From Squalus acanthias (taxonomy: Eukaryota), in NCBI GenBank assembly GCA_030390025.1, contig CM059432.1, positions 2,728,001 through 2,792,000 on the forward strand: a stretch of DNA of 64,000 nucleotides. Direction: 5' to 3'. Below are positions 25,560 through 38,560 of the stretch, piece by piece. Below the pieces are notes generated by a model that was given only the letters and a program-made list of their open reading frames with translations, was not told the origin of the DNA and made no database searches. A program made the position numbers and the translations under genes. Every line of letters starts with the position of its first letter. Within the stretch, counting starts at the first letter, position 1.

Positions 25560-26650
25560 TAACCTAGATGGAAGAGAAAATAATGCGAAGCAGCCAACAT
25601 GGATTGCAGGAAGGAAGACTGTACTTGACAACCTGAAAGTCCTTTTTGCGGATGTGACCGATACAGTGGCTGAGGGCAGTGCTGCGGATGTGGTGTACGT
25701 GGACTTTCAGAAAGCCTTTGACAAGGTACCAAAGAGGAAATCATTGGCAAAAGATCGAAAGGTACTGAATTAGGGAGAGGGCGGCAAATTGGATTTTAAA
25801 AACTGGTTGGAAGGGAGGAAACCGAGTCGTTGGTGAGGGTGGTTTCTGAGATTGGTTGCAAGTGGGGAGCGATGTCCCCCAAGGGTTCTGTTCAACGTTT
25901 CCGCTAAGCTGTGCGACCGTGCCGCTGCCTGGAGGTCCCGCGCAGGCCGCGTACCAACTTTTCAATGGGGAATTTTGCGCATGCGTGAAATTTTGAATGG
26001 GCCGCGCACCCAAAAAAAAAATGAGGGGCACATTAGTTCTGTTCAGTGTCTACACCAGTGGTTTGGATAGAAGGCTCGAGGGAATGATAATCAAATTCTG
26101 AGACGGTCCTAAAATGGGCACCGTAAATAATTCTGAGGACCAAAGAAATCTGCATGGGGATATTGATAAGATGGTAGAATGGGCCAAAAGAAGTCTAACG
26201 GATGATATTTCAAGGTCAGTAAAGGTGAGGTGGTACATTTTGATTTTTTTCCATTAAAAAATTATGCTCTGGGAGGGAATACTGGGCTATGGAAGAGTAG
26301 AGAGATTTGGGTGTTCAGATTCATGAGCGTACGGTGTTTGAGGTTATTCAGGGATGGGACACAATCGATGGGAACAGACTGCTGCCAGTGATTGAGAGTC
26401 TAGAATGAGGGAACATAGATACAAGATTAGATGCAAGAAGTTTAGGGCAGAGAGAAGGCAAAACTTCATTTATTTTTTTACACAGATGGTTGTGAAGCTG
26501 TGGAAAGCACGATTGGAGAAGCAGAGATCAAGTCAACATATCAGAACAAGTTAAATAGGTGATTGAAGGAAAAGAGATATGGGATTAGGACTAAACACCA
26601 ACGTGGACTGGCTGGGCCGAACGGCCTGTTTCTGTGTTGCAATGTAATTC
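25560..26650 (+). mobile_element. Old CR1 LINE, decayed, with MITE insertion
   Basis: DVVYVDFQKAFDKVP; the PQGSV motif is interrupted at 25893; CR1 tail near 26610-26645. Confidence 0.8.
25893..26035 (-). mobile_element. hAT-type MITE inside a CR1 RT region
   Basis: Ends caacgtttcc / gggcacatta; perfect 8-bp TSD gttctgtt; interior resembles the reverse complement of the 24318 copy. Confidence 0.88.
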
Positions 26651-26669
26651 TGAGAAACTAAATCTAATT

Positions 26670-27205
26670 TACTTTTTATAAATCCCTGGTTAGGCCTCAG
26701 CTGGAGTATTGTGTCCAGTTCTGGGCACCACACTTTAGGAAGAATATCAAGGCCTTGGAGTGGGTGCAGAGGAGATTTACCAGAATGGTACCAGGAATGA
26801 GGGACTTCAGTTACGTGGAGAAGCTGGGGTTGTTCTCTTTAGAGCAGAGATGGCTAAGGGGAGATGTAATAGAGGTGTTCTAAATTACGAAGGGTTGTGA
26901 TAGAGTAGATGGGGAGAGACTGTTTCCAGTGGCAGGAGGGTCAGTAACCAGAGGACATAGATTGAAGGTCATTGGCAAAAGAACCAGAGGGGAGCTGAGA
27001 ATTTGTTTTACGCAACGAGTTGTGATCTGGAATGCGCTGCCTGAAAGGGCGGTGGAAGCAGATTCAATAGTAACTTTCAAAAGAGAATTGGATAAATACT
27101 TGAAAAGGAGAAATTTGCAGGGTTACAGGGAAATTGCAGGCGAGTGGGACTAATTGGGTAGCATAAGCACAGCGGGCCGAATGGCCTCGTTCCGTGCTGT
27201 ATGTT
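26670..27205 (+). mobile_element. CR1 LINE 3' part
   Basis: [22 protein letters not shown] and TRGHRLKVIGKRTRG. Confidence 0.9.
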
Positions 27206-27234
27206 TCCAAGTGCTTTACTTTAGAGTCTGCATA

Positions 27235-28530
27235 GAGTCATAGTCATAGTTATACAGCACAGAAAGAGGCCCTTCGGCCCATCGTGTCCGCGCCGGCCAT
27301 CAAGCCCTGTCTATTCTAATCCCAGTTTCCAGCACTTGGTCCGTAACCTTGTATGCTATGGCGTTTCAAGTGCTCATCTAAATGCTTCTTGAATGTTGTG
27401 AGGGTTCCTGCCTCTACCACCCTTTCAGGCAGTGAGTTCCAGATTCCAACCACCCTCTGGGTGAAAAAGTTTTTCCTTAAATCCCCTCTAAACCTTCTGC
27501 CCCTTACCTTGAAACTATGCCCCCTGGTTATTGACCCCTCTACTAAGGGGAAAAGTTCCTTTCTATCTACCCTATCTATGCCCCTCATAATTTTGTACAC
27601 CTCAATCAGGCCCCCCTCAGCCTTCTCTGCTCTAAGGAAAACAACCCCAGCCTGTCCAGTCTCTCTTCATAGCTGAAGCGCTCCAGCCCAGGTAACATCC
27701 TGGTGAATCTCCTCTGCACCCTCCAATGCAATCACATCCTTCCTATAGTGTGGCGACCAGAACTGCACACAATATTCCAGCTGTGGCCTAACTAGCGTTT
27801 TGTACAGCTCCATCATAACCTCCTTGCTCTTGCCTTCATTAGCTGAGGCATAGAATATAAGTATCCCATATGCCTTTTTAACCACCTTATCTACCTGTCC
27901 TGCTGCCTTCAGGGATCCATGTACATGCACACCAAGGTCCCTCTGATCCTCTGTCCTTCCTAGGGTCCTACCATTCATTGTGTATTCCCTTGCCTTGTTA
28001 GTCCTCCCAAAATGCATCACCTCACACTTTTCAGGGTTAAATTCCATTTGCCACTGTTCTGCCCATCTGACCAACCCGTCTATATTGTCCTGTAGCCTGA
28101 GGCTTCCCTCCTCGCTATTTACCACTCCACCAATTTTCGTGTCATCTGCGAACTTACTGATCATACCTCCTACATTCATATCTAAATCATTAATGTACAC
28201 TACAAACACCAAAGGACCCAGCACCGATCCCTGCGGTACACCACTGGACACAGGCTTCCAGTCACAAAAACAACCTTCGACCATCACCCTCTGCCTCCTG
28301 CCACTAAGCCAATTTTGGATCCAATGTGCCAAATTGCCCTGGATCCCATGGGCTCTTACCTTGACCAGTCTCCCATGTGGGACTTTGTCAAAAGCCTTAC
28401 TGAAGTCTATGTAGACTACATCAACTGCACTACCCTCATCCATGCACCTAGTCACCCCCTCTCAAAATTCAATCAAATTGGTTAGACAAAGCCATGCTGA
28501 TTATCCTTGATTAATCCTTGCCTCTCCAAG
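27235..28530 (-). mobile_element. CR1 LINE, RT domain to 3' end
   Basis: 262-aa ORF with DFSKAFDKVPH, GVPQGSVLGP and FADD; frameshifted C-terminus; 5'-truncated. Confidence 0.95.
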
Positions 28531-28764
28531 GCAGAAGAAGCTTTAAAAAGTGATCGCTGGCCTCGGGAGTTGAGTTTTTCCTTTTGCTGTGCAAGTGGGC
28601 AGGACTGGCCCTGCCTCTGATGGGCACTGGCGGATTATCTAGCCCCACAAAGTAAGAGATCCTAGCTGTTCTTTGTGGGATCCTCATTTTGCCCCTGTTT
28701 CCATTTTAATGAAGATGGGGCTGGAGCAGTGCAAGATGGTGGAAAGGAGAGTGAGGCTGGATTT

Positions 28765-29125
28765 GAAGAGGGTGTACCCCACAAGATGGTTTTTACCCTT
28801 CCCCCCCCCCCCCCAAAGCACAGGCCGCGCGGATTGTACAAAGACCTCCTTGAGGATCTCTGCATGAAAATGTCTTGTAACATAGAGGCTGTAGAACAGC
28901 TGTGTCGTTCTGCATGAAGACCTGTAGCCGAGATCATCTGCCCAGACAGCTGTGCCTGCGACAGTAAAAGTTATTGCGATGCTCATTTTAAAGCCATCTG
29001 GGGGGGGCGGGGGTGCCTTGTGCAATATCACGGAAGCTTCTGTCTTAGCATGTATTTATCAGATCAACCGCACAATTGCCTTTTTTTTTTAAGAGCAGGA
29101 GAGTTCATTCAGTTTGGCACACCTA
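28765..29125 (+). mobile_element. Decayed PIF/Harbinger (HARBI1-like) transposase fragment
   Basis: Frameshifted pieces in the expected order: RPRGLYKDLLEDLC..EAVEQLC, LHEDL*PRSSAQTAVPATVKVIAML, GALCNITEASVLACIYQI, LRAGEFIQF. Confidence 0.6.
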
Positions 29126-29372
29126 ACAGGCATCAGTGCTATAGAGACGCTTTATCAGTCAGCTTATAGAGTGTCAGCCGTGGCTCAGTGGGCAGCACCC
29201 TCGCCTCTGAGTCAGAAGGTTGTGGGTTCAAGTCCCCACTCCAGAGACTTGAGCGCGCAAATCTAGGCTGACACTCCAATGCAGTACTGAGTGAGTTGCC
29301 TCACAACCTTGGGGGCGAACCTCCGGGCCTGCAGAGGTCAGTGTGATGTTGCTCAAGCATCCTTCTTTTCAG

Positions 29373-29905
29373 ACGGTAGCATAGTGGTTATGTTACTGGA
29401 CTAGTAATCCAGAGGCCTGGAGTAATGATCCGGAGACATGAATTCAAATCCCACGGCAGCTGCGGAATTTAAATTCATACATACGTACATACGAATTAGG
29501 AGCAGGAGTAGGCCACTCGGCCCTTCGAGCCTGCTCCGCCATTCAATAAGATCATGGCTGATCCGATTACTCCACATTCCTGCCTACCCCTGACATTCAA
29601 TTAAATAAATCTGGAATAAAAAACTAGTATCAGTGAGCATGAAACTACCGGATAGTCATAAAGACCCATCTGGTTCACTAATGTCCTTTTTTAAGGAAGG
29701 AAATCTGCCATCCTTACCTGGTCTGGCCTATATGTAACTGCCCTCTGAAATGGCCATTCAGTTGTACCAAACTGCTACAAAGAAGTATAGCGCTGTGGGA
29801 GTACCTTCACCGCATGGACTGCAGCGGTTCAAGGCGGCGGCTCACCACCACCTTCTCAAGGGCAACAATTGGGGATGGGCAATAAATCCCATCAACGAAT
29901 AAAAA
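29373..29905 (+). mobile_element. tRNA-derived SINE family 2 with a nested CR1 tail
   Basis: Head ggtagcatagtggttatg; minus-strand CR1 tail at about 29477-29593; LINE family 3 tail at the end. Confidence 0.78.
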
Positions 29906-30199
29906 AAAAGTGAGGATCCGAGTCGACTCGTGGGCCAAGGGCAGCAATCTTGGTGTAGCCATATCTGCAACCTTCCCCTGGAAGCCCGCCCATCCTCGTA
30001 CTTCTCTTGTCTTTCTGGCACTCTGTTGTTCATCCCTCTACTTCCCTTTGAACTGGTGCGATGCAGTGAGGAATCAAATGGCGCAAAGGATTTTTATGGG
30101 GTTTGTGGCAGAGGAAAATGGGGTCGAGTTTCTTCCAGGGACTCCTGTGTCCTGGGGCTCGTCAGTCTCATGATCACTCTTGTCCCTGTCATAATCGAA

Positions 30200-30850
30200 G
30201 CCTACGGGAAATACTCAACAGGTCAGGCAGCATCTGTGGAGAGCGAAACCGAGTTAACGTTTCAGGTTGGTGACCTATCATCAGAACTGGAAGTTGTTAG
30301 AGATTTAACAGTTTTTAAGCAATTACACTGCCAGGGCAAAAGTGGCAGGTGGGGGCGGGGGGGGAAGAGAGGTCTATGATGGAGTGGCGGGCAAGAGAGA
30401 TTACATGAGCAAAGGGATGATGGTGCGAGGCAAAATGGGGTGGTGATGGGACACGTGAAGAAACAAAACCCGGGGTCCAGAGGAGGTGCAAGTGGTTCCA
30501 GCAGAATAGTGGAGCGGGAGGGAGGCATGGAAAATCTGGCAGAGAAGGTTCCCGTGGCCTGGGAATGTGGCGGAGAAAGGTGGGGAGAGTCCAGGGGTGA
30601 GAACCACCCCCTGCTTGGGATCCCCACCCCAGGCACCAGTCCACACCTCCTCCACTCCCAGTGGTTCAGGTGCAGCCGTCCGCCATCACAGCACCTGCCG
30701 TCCGAGAAAATGGGAAAGGTGGTTAAGATCTAAATTTACTAAACTTTAAGGCCAGTAGGCTGCAAAGTGCCCAACAGAAAGATGAGGTGCTGTTCCTCGA
30801 GCTCATGAGAGCAGTGTAGGAGGCCGAGGACAGAGAGGTGAGAATGTGTA
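30200..30850 (-). mobile_element. Penelope-like element 3' end (GIY-YIG C-terminus and terminal repeat)
   Basis: HSHLSVLGLLHC..LEEQHLIFLLGTLQPTGL at about 30740-30850 matches the Penelope endonuclease C-terminus; a hammerhead core lies downstream on the same strand. Confidence 0.78.
30252..30288 (-). ncRNA. Minimal type I hammerhead ribozyme motif
   Basis: Reverse strand reads agtt-CTGATGA-t-aggt-cacca-acct-GAAA-cgtt-aact; palindromic AACGTT stem III. Confidence 0.7.
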
Positions 30851-31754
30851 CCCAGAGAGTGGTGAGAATGTGGAACTCGCTGCCACAGGGAGTGGTTGAG
30901 GTGAATAGCACCGATGCATTTAAGGGGAAGCCGGATAAGTACATGAGGGAGAAAGGAATAGAAGGATGTGCTGATGGGGTGGGAGGAGGTTCGTGTGGAG
31001 CAGGAACACTGGCACGGAGCAGTTGGACGAATGGCCTGTTTCTGTGCTGTAAATGCTATGTTCTGGTAAAGGTGCCGTCTTTTGTTTACCTTTACCGGGG
31101 GCGGAGATGGGAGAAATGCCAATTTCCTCCAGGTGTGCGATTCCTGGTTTAATGAATTGAGTTCTCTGAAGCTGAATGCATATTTCAACATCTAAAACCC
31201 ATGCTCCTACCAGTGTTCCCTGTAGCCACCAGTTCGGGATGTGAGTAGACATTGGCGTAGACATAGCTTCTGGTAATCCTGACTAAATGACATTTATTGC
31301 ACAGGTAATGACTTGTTTAATTCTAGTACAAACACACTGACAACCAATTCCATCCCACTCTTTATACAAGACTAACTTTGTAGAAACTAGACTCTGTTCG
31401 GTGAGGTGCAGAAAGACGAGAGCTGAATGGAGCTGTTCTCCAATGAAAGCACATCTTTCCTTCCTTGTGTTAATCTGCTGTGCTGCCTTTGAAGCACCGT
31501 CTGTTTATGTGAAGGATTTAGAATCAAGATAAGTTCAGTTTTACAAATGTCGTTTTGATCTTATTAGTGAATAATTAAGCAATGTAAAATAATTAATCAA
31601 TGTAAAATCCGTTTTATTTTTAAAAAATGAATTCCAGGCTATTTTCCTCCGTTCAGGCAGAACTCTTGTCTTGACAGAACTGCTGCCTAAATGTGTGATG
31701 AGCAGAAAAGGTGTGTTTTTTAAAATAATTTTTAACTAACATTTTAAAGTCAAT

Positions 31755-32172
31755 AGGCTGGGGTTGTTTTCTTTGGAACAGAGGAGGCTGAGGGGGAGAC
31801 TTAATTGAGGTGTGTAAAATATGAGGGGCATAGATAGAATGGATAGGAAGGACCTATTTCCCTTTGCAGAGAGGTCAATAACCAGGGAGCAGAGATTTAA
31901 AGTAATTGGTAGAAGGATTAGAGGGGAGTTGAGAACTTTTTCCACCCAGAGGGTGGTGGGGTCTGGAACTCACTGCCTGAAAGGGTGGTAGAGGCAGAAA
32001 CCCTCATCGCATTTAAAAATTACTTGGATATGCACTTGAAGTGCCGTAGCCTACAGGGCTACGGACCAAGAGCTGGAAAGTGGGATTTGGCTGGATAGCT
32101 CTTTCTCGGCCAGCACAGACACGATGGGCCGAATGGCCTCCTTCTGTGCTGTAAACTTCTATGATTCTATGA
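31755..32172 (+). mobile_element. CR1 LINE 3' end
   Basis: Same subfamily as 11590-11865, 47825-48510 and 57315-57682. Confidence 0.88.
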
Positions 32173-32689
32173 ATATGCTACACTAACTTTACATCGTAAG
32201 AGTTTCGAGCTACAGCACTGGCATCTCCTATGTAGATAAGTGGCTAGCGAAGACTCCTTTTGAGGGGCTGGGTGGGAGAGACCAAGAGATTGGAAAGACC
32301 TCATTTTCACAGCTGGGCCTCCGGGTATCTCTGGGAATATCCTGGATGGAACCAACTCGGAAACCGAACCTTTTAATTTTTTAGGAATTAGGTTTCAGAT
32401 TGCCCAAGGAATACGCCTCCTGCCAGAGCAATGTTTTTTTTTCTCGATATCCATTATCCTTCTCTATTGAAACAAAGAACCCAGTAAAGGCCCTCTGGCA
32501 ATGAAATCGATAGCCATCTGAATGATATGCCAGTCTTCAAAATGTTGCACAAGCTTAGTCTCCCAGCATTGCAGTCACTCGGACATCTGTCCTGTTTCCC
32601 TGCCCATGCTGGGTTAGTGGTGGAAGTAAAGGGCCCCCAATTCTCAGGCTGATGTTTTGGTTTATTTTCCTTCTAAAAAAGCTTATTTT

Positions 32690-34125
32690 CTTGTGGACAG
32701 ATCACATGGCAGATGGAATTTAAAACCGAGAAGTGTGAAGTGATGCATTTTGGAAGGAAGAATGAGGAGAGGCAGTATAAACAAAATGGTACGATTTTAA
32801 AGGGGGTGCAGGAACAGCAGCCTGGGGACTAACATACACAAATCTTTGAAAGAGGCAGGACAAGTTTTATTTATATTCGTTCACGGGATGTGGGCGTCGC
32901 TGGCAAGGCCGGCATTTATTGCCCATCCCTAACTGCCCTCGAGAAGGTGGTGGTGAGCCGCTGTCTTGAACCACTGCAGTCCGTGTGGTGAAGGTGCTCC
33001 CACAGTGCTGTTAGGGAGGGAGTTCCAGGATTTTGACCCAGCGACGATGAAGGAACGGCCGATATATTTCCGAGTCAGGATGGTGTGTGACTTGGAGGTG
33101 GTGGTGTTCCCATGCGCCTGCTGCCCTTGTCTTTCTAGGCGATAGAGGTCGCGGGTTTGGGAGGTGCTGCCGAAGACGCCTTGGCGAGTTGCTGCAGTGC
33201 ATCTTGTAGATGGTACACACTGCAGCCACGGTGTGCCGGTGGTGGAGGGAGTGAATGTTTAAGGTAGTGGATTGGGGGGGGGGGCCCAATCAAGCGGGCT
33301 GCTTTGTCCCGGAGTTGATGAGGCTGTTAAAAATACCATGTGGTTCCCTTGGCTTTATAAATAGAGACATTGAGTGCAAAAGCAAAGAAGTTATGGTAAG
33401 CCTTTCTAAATCACTGGTTAGGCCTCAGCTAGAGTATTGTGTCCAATTCTGGGCACCACACTTTAGAAAGGATGTCCAGGCTTCTTCGGCAGCACCTCCC
33501 AAACCCGCGTCCTCTTCCACCTAGAAGGTCAAGGGCAGCAGGCGCATGGGAACACCACCACCTCCAAGTCGCACACCACCCTGACTTAGCAGTATATCGG
33601 CCAATCCTTCATCGTCGCTGGGTCAAAATCCTGGAACTCCCTCCCTGACAGCACTGTGGGAGCACCTTCACCAGACGGATTGCAGCGGTTCAAGAAGGCA
33701 GCTCACCACCACCTTCTCGAGGGCGACTAGGGATGGGCAATAAATGCTGGCCTTGCCAGCGACGCCTACATCCCATATATGAATTTTTTTAAAAGGCCTT
33801 GAAGAGGGTGCAGAGGAGATTTACTAGAATGGTTCCAGGGATGAGGGACTTCAGTTATGTGGAGAGACTGGAGAAGCTGGGATTGTTCTTCTTGGAGCAG
33901 AGAAGGTTAAGTGGGTGGGGGGGGGGATTTAATAGAGGTGTTCAAAATTATGAAGGGTTTTGATACAGTAAATAAGGAGAAACTGTCTCCAGTGGCAGGA
34001 GGGTGAGTAACCAGAGAACACCAATTTAAAATAATTGACAAAAAGGTCAGGGTGGGTGGGGGATGAGGAGTAATTGTTTTTGCGCAGAGAGTTGTGATGC
34101 GGAATGCACGGCCTGAAAGCGTGTT
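32690..34125 (+). mobile_element. CR1 LINE with two nested LINE family 3 3' ends
   Basis: CR1 coding sequence resumes after inserts at about 32870-33310 (-) and 33478-33790 (+). Confidence 0.85.
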
Positions 34126-35254
34126 GACTCCAGCAGATGGGCTAAGTTGGCCTTCATCTGCTAGACTAAACAGCGCCCTCTAGAGTATGGGGGGGGGCTA
34201 TACACTGGGGAAAGGAAAGGTGAGCAAGCTGAAGGAGAAACGAACTCTACTGGCACAAGCTGACATGACCTTTGCTCTGTTCGTTTGTTGCTGTGCGGAT
34301 GAGAACTTTATTGCACGTTTGAATTCTGCCGCATGTATCTACTGTAATAGCTTAAAAGGCCTTTTGCACCAGAGTTTTAGGCCCAACTTGCTTGTCACTC
34401 TCAAGTAGAAGGTTGTGTTTGTGTGCTTCCTGAAAGTGGTTGTTTGAATAAAGTATTCCGATTAAGAATTGATTTTTTGCATTGGACAAATATCAGGGCC
34501 GTATGTAAAATCCGTTGCACAGTGCAAAGAATGGGAACCAGATGGTGAGCTGTCACGATTGTAGCTAACTAGAAGCCTTCCGTAAACTTGTAAAATCTAA
34601 ACTAATGCTCAGCTTTTGAAATTTAAACCAGTTTTGTAATTCAGTGCAAGGCATTCATCGTGGCTGGTGAAATATTGCTGATTCAGCATTAGTTGATTTC
34701 AGATCATCTGTCCAACAACAGCCGAGATGAACTGAGTGTCCACAAAATCAAATACGTTGCTGACACAAGTGAACTTCAGCTCCAGGGAGGCTAACTCGTT
34801 TCGAAATGCATTGTTATGGACTGTATCCCTTTAATCCCTCGCTAACAACATAATTATGCATGAATTAGTTCCCCATCAAGCTAACGGGAGTAACTGAAAA
34901 CGTTCGATCTTTCTAATTCACGCTGTACATTTGCGTATTACTCGTGAGAGTCTGTGTGTGTGTTTATAAAATCGTGAAAGATGCCATATTATTGTGAAAT
35001 TTGATGTGTAAGTCGTGGGCTTTTAAACCCTCTTTAGACAAGTGCCCTGATGTTGGTGCGATGCCTGGTTAAGATTAAGAGTGCACTGTGTTGCAGCATC
35101 AGTTGGGATGTTTCAATTGTCCTCCGAACCCTGGGAAAGGAAAAAAATCTGCCAAGACTCTTGCACCTGAACCGTATTCAGTGACCCATGAGTACATGGC
35201 CATTGGATGTCACAGCTCAGCTCTGTGGGGTGGGGGTCAGCTGTGAGGCCCTTC

Positions 35255-35540
35255 GTACGAACAATGACCCTCTGGTCCATCGAGCCTGTCCCCCACAATT
35301 GCGATACCTTGTGGATCACAACATATACACTCCACCCCCTCTCCTGGGAGAGGCAAAAAACCAGATTTAAAAAAAAGTCCCAGGCTAATTTGAGGGGGGG
35401 GGCGGGGGGAAATCTGGAAATTCCTCTCCGATCCATCTGGGCAATCGAAACTAGTCCAGGAGATCCCTCTGGCCCTGAATTCCCTGCAGTACCTACCTTC
35501 AGTAAGAGGTGATCTCCGCCCCATGGTGAGTAGCCAGAAG
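35255..35540 (-). mobile_element. Probable 3' UTR of a further CR1-like family
   Basis: Similar to about 21520-21670; ends in a CR1-like caggctcgatggaccagagggtc tail on the minus strand. Confidence 0.5.
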
Positions 35541-35746
35541 GTACTCCCTGTCCGAGGTCTCGCACCAAGGTTGAGGTACCGCAAAGCTGTCGGCACACAG
35601 ATGAGTACAGTTGCATGAGTTGGCACTTGAGAGGGGATAAAAATAACTCCAGAAAATAGTCGGCATATAATCTGATGCATGATTTGCAGCTTTACTTTGA
35701 GCTGCAATCTTTTTTTTTACACGCGAGTAGGTGTGTTATGCACAAA

Positions 35747-36182
35747 GTGTCAGCCGTGGCTCAGTGGGTAGCTCTCTCTCCTCGGAGTCGGAAGGTTGTC
35801 GGTTCAAGTTCCAATCCAGAGACTCGAGCACAAAAATCTAGGCTGACACTCCAGCACAGTGCTGAGGGAGTGCTGCACTGTCGGGGGTGCCGTCTTTCGG
35901 ATGAGATGTTAAACCGAGGCCACGTCTGCCCTCTCATTTGGACTTTAAAAAAATTCCCATGGCCACTATTGCGAACAAGAGCATGGGAGTTATCTCCGGT
36001 GCCCTGGCCAATATTTATCCCCCAATTAGCAGAACAAAAACAGATTATCTGGTCATTATCACATTGCTGTTTGTGGGAGCTTGCTGTGTGCAAATTGGCT
36101 GCCGCGTTTCCTACATTACAGCAGTGAAGTGCTTTGTGAAGTCCGGAGGTCGTGAAAGGCTCTATATAAATGCGAGTCTTTC
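35747..36182 (+). mobile_element. DeuSINE, near full length
   Basis: A and B boxes, core and tail present. Confidence 0.88.
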
Positions 36183-37904
36183 TTTATTTTTATGGTAAGG
36201 TGGGGGCTCAAAAATAGATTTGGAGCAGAGTGTAAAGAGGAACAATTCAAGAGTTTAGTCTTTGCGTTATTTCGAACTGTGATGGAGTGGGCATTTGTGC
36301 TTTGTTCTTTGCAAAAACTGGAATATCAGCTCCCATCTCTTTTTGTAGTTAATCCTCCTAACTAGACCTTGCAGGCAGTGCTGAGCTAATGGTTGCTGGG
36401 GAAGACCCCGTTTGATTGAATTCCTTCAAGCTTGTAGTTCCTGAACTGGTAAAGAGAATCCTTAATTTGAAAAAAGCTCTTTGTACATGACTCGATTGAA
36501 ACCTTTCTTGCTGCACAATTGATGCAGAGCTTGTTAATGAATTCTTTTGGTGGCTTGGATTGTAAGTTTTTTAATAAGCTTCACAGTCTTCAGTCAGTTA
36601 AGATTTATGTCGTTTTTCCTTTACCCCCCCCCCAGTATAAGTGGTGTAAAGTATCAGTTGTGGACTCGTTAGTGATGGAACTATGTTTGCCAGGATCAAC
36701 ACACCTCCTCGTTAAAGAAAATGTTAATGGTCTGAAGTTCTCACTTAAATTATAAAGCGATAGTGCATTGGATAGGACAAGGGTATCATTATTTTCTCCC
36801 ACCCCGGGTTATTTTTTGAGAGAAATTACTACCAGGGCTAATGGTTGCATTAAAAAAAAACGGCTGCTGTCACTTTCATGTAGTTCGGGCGATGACTGTG
36901 AATTGTTAAAGGACATCGCTGCTGGCTTACAGAAAATCCCCAGTGGTTGTCTTTCATTTCGAACATTGCCTCGGGCCTTTGGCTGTATCCTGTTGGATTT
37001 GACCTCCTTTTCAACCCTGCGCTGCCAGTTGTGCAGAGCCCAATTTTCTTTTGACTGCGTTCCAGTTTGTCACGTGACTCCCCGGCTCGAACCTTAACCT
37101 TTTCTCTTTGTGCGCGTGCGTGCTTCACCTGAGACCCGACGTAAACACCAGCCTTCCTTCCTCTTGCGACCCTGAGATGTTGGAAGAACTCCAGCAATCT
37201 TTTGAGCTTTTGCAGCGAGCCAAGTCTTGAAGCGAGATGTGGTGTGCCGAGTTTCGCAATTAGATCCTACCCCCCACCGAAAAAAAAAAAGAAAAATATT
37301 GGTTATCTGCTGACCCAAAGGCTTAGGAAATCGTTGTTGTGGCTGAACGTGGACCACATACTCTGGCTTTCAATTAGGTCTACGTGAATTCAGTCATTAC
37401 CCGGAATCTCATACCGAGGCTATAGCCCAAAGCTAAGCAGTTAATGTTTTACGCTGGTTGAGGAACGCTGGTTCTTTCTAAGCGTTGATTGTGAAATGTT
37501 CTAACATACAGATTTACATATTTAAAATACAATCCTTCATCCGTGTGTGTGTATAAATATATGTAACGGGATGCATGCACAATTTTCTAGATCACAAATA
37601 TATGAAGACTTTTTTTTTTTAAGTCTTGTAATTTTGTAAATGGATAAAATTAGATCTGTACAACTTCCTGTTGTACGGGATCCCTTCCGCCTCTGAGGTT
37701 TGACATTGGCAGATCCCATTTTGTGAATTGTTACAATTGATGTTGGATTTTTAGTGCCCAACTCCTTGAGGTAGAGTGATTGCCACATGCCAGATGAGAG
37801 GCTCTAAATGTGGTTCCTTTTTTTTAACCCAAGGAATTGCTATAAACTGTGACAACGCTTTAGGCAGTGGTATCAGGCCATTCCTTTTTGTATGTCTTGA
37901 CATC

Positions 37905-38560
37905 GGTTTTGCGCATGATCTCAGTTTCCATCCGCGCATCCTCTCCGTAACCCAGGCCGCCTATTTCCACCTCCAAGCATCGCCCGTCCCCGCCCCCTGC
38001 CTCACCTCGTCGTCTGCTGGTGAAACCCTCGTCCACGCTTTTGTCACCTCCAGACTCAACTGTTCCAATGCTTGCCTTTCTCCCATCCACCACCCGCCAT
38101 AAACTTTAGCTCACCCAAAACCCTGCTGCCCGTACCCTGTCCTGCTCACCCATCGCTCCTTGTTGGCTGACACTGGCTCCCGGTCGCCCAGCAATTTGAA
38201 ATTCTTATTCTTGTGTTTAAATCCCTTTATGGCGCCTCCTCTCCGAATCCCAGTAATCTCCTTTGGCCCAACAACACCCCCCACATCCCAACTCTCTGTT
38301 CTTACGCTGGCCTCTTGAGCATCCTCGATTTCCATTGCCCCACCATTGGCGGCTGTGCCTTCAGCTGCCTCGGTTCTAACCTCTGGAGTTCCCTCCCTAA
38401 ACCTCTAAGCCTCTTCACCACCACCACCTCTTTTATGGCCCTCCTTAAAACCTACCCTTTTAACCAAACCTTTGGTCCCTCCTAATCTCCTTTGCTCAGA
38501 ATTCATTTATTGATGGGCTCTGTGAAGCACCGTGGAACATTTCTCTACGTTCAAGGTTAA
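37905..38560 (+). mobile_element. L2 LINE 3' part, decayed
   Basis: ETLVHAFVTSRLNCSN and IGGCAFSCLGSNLWSSLP. Confidence 0.85.
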
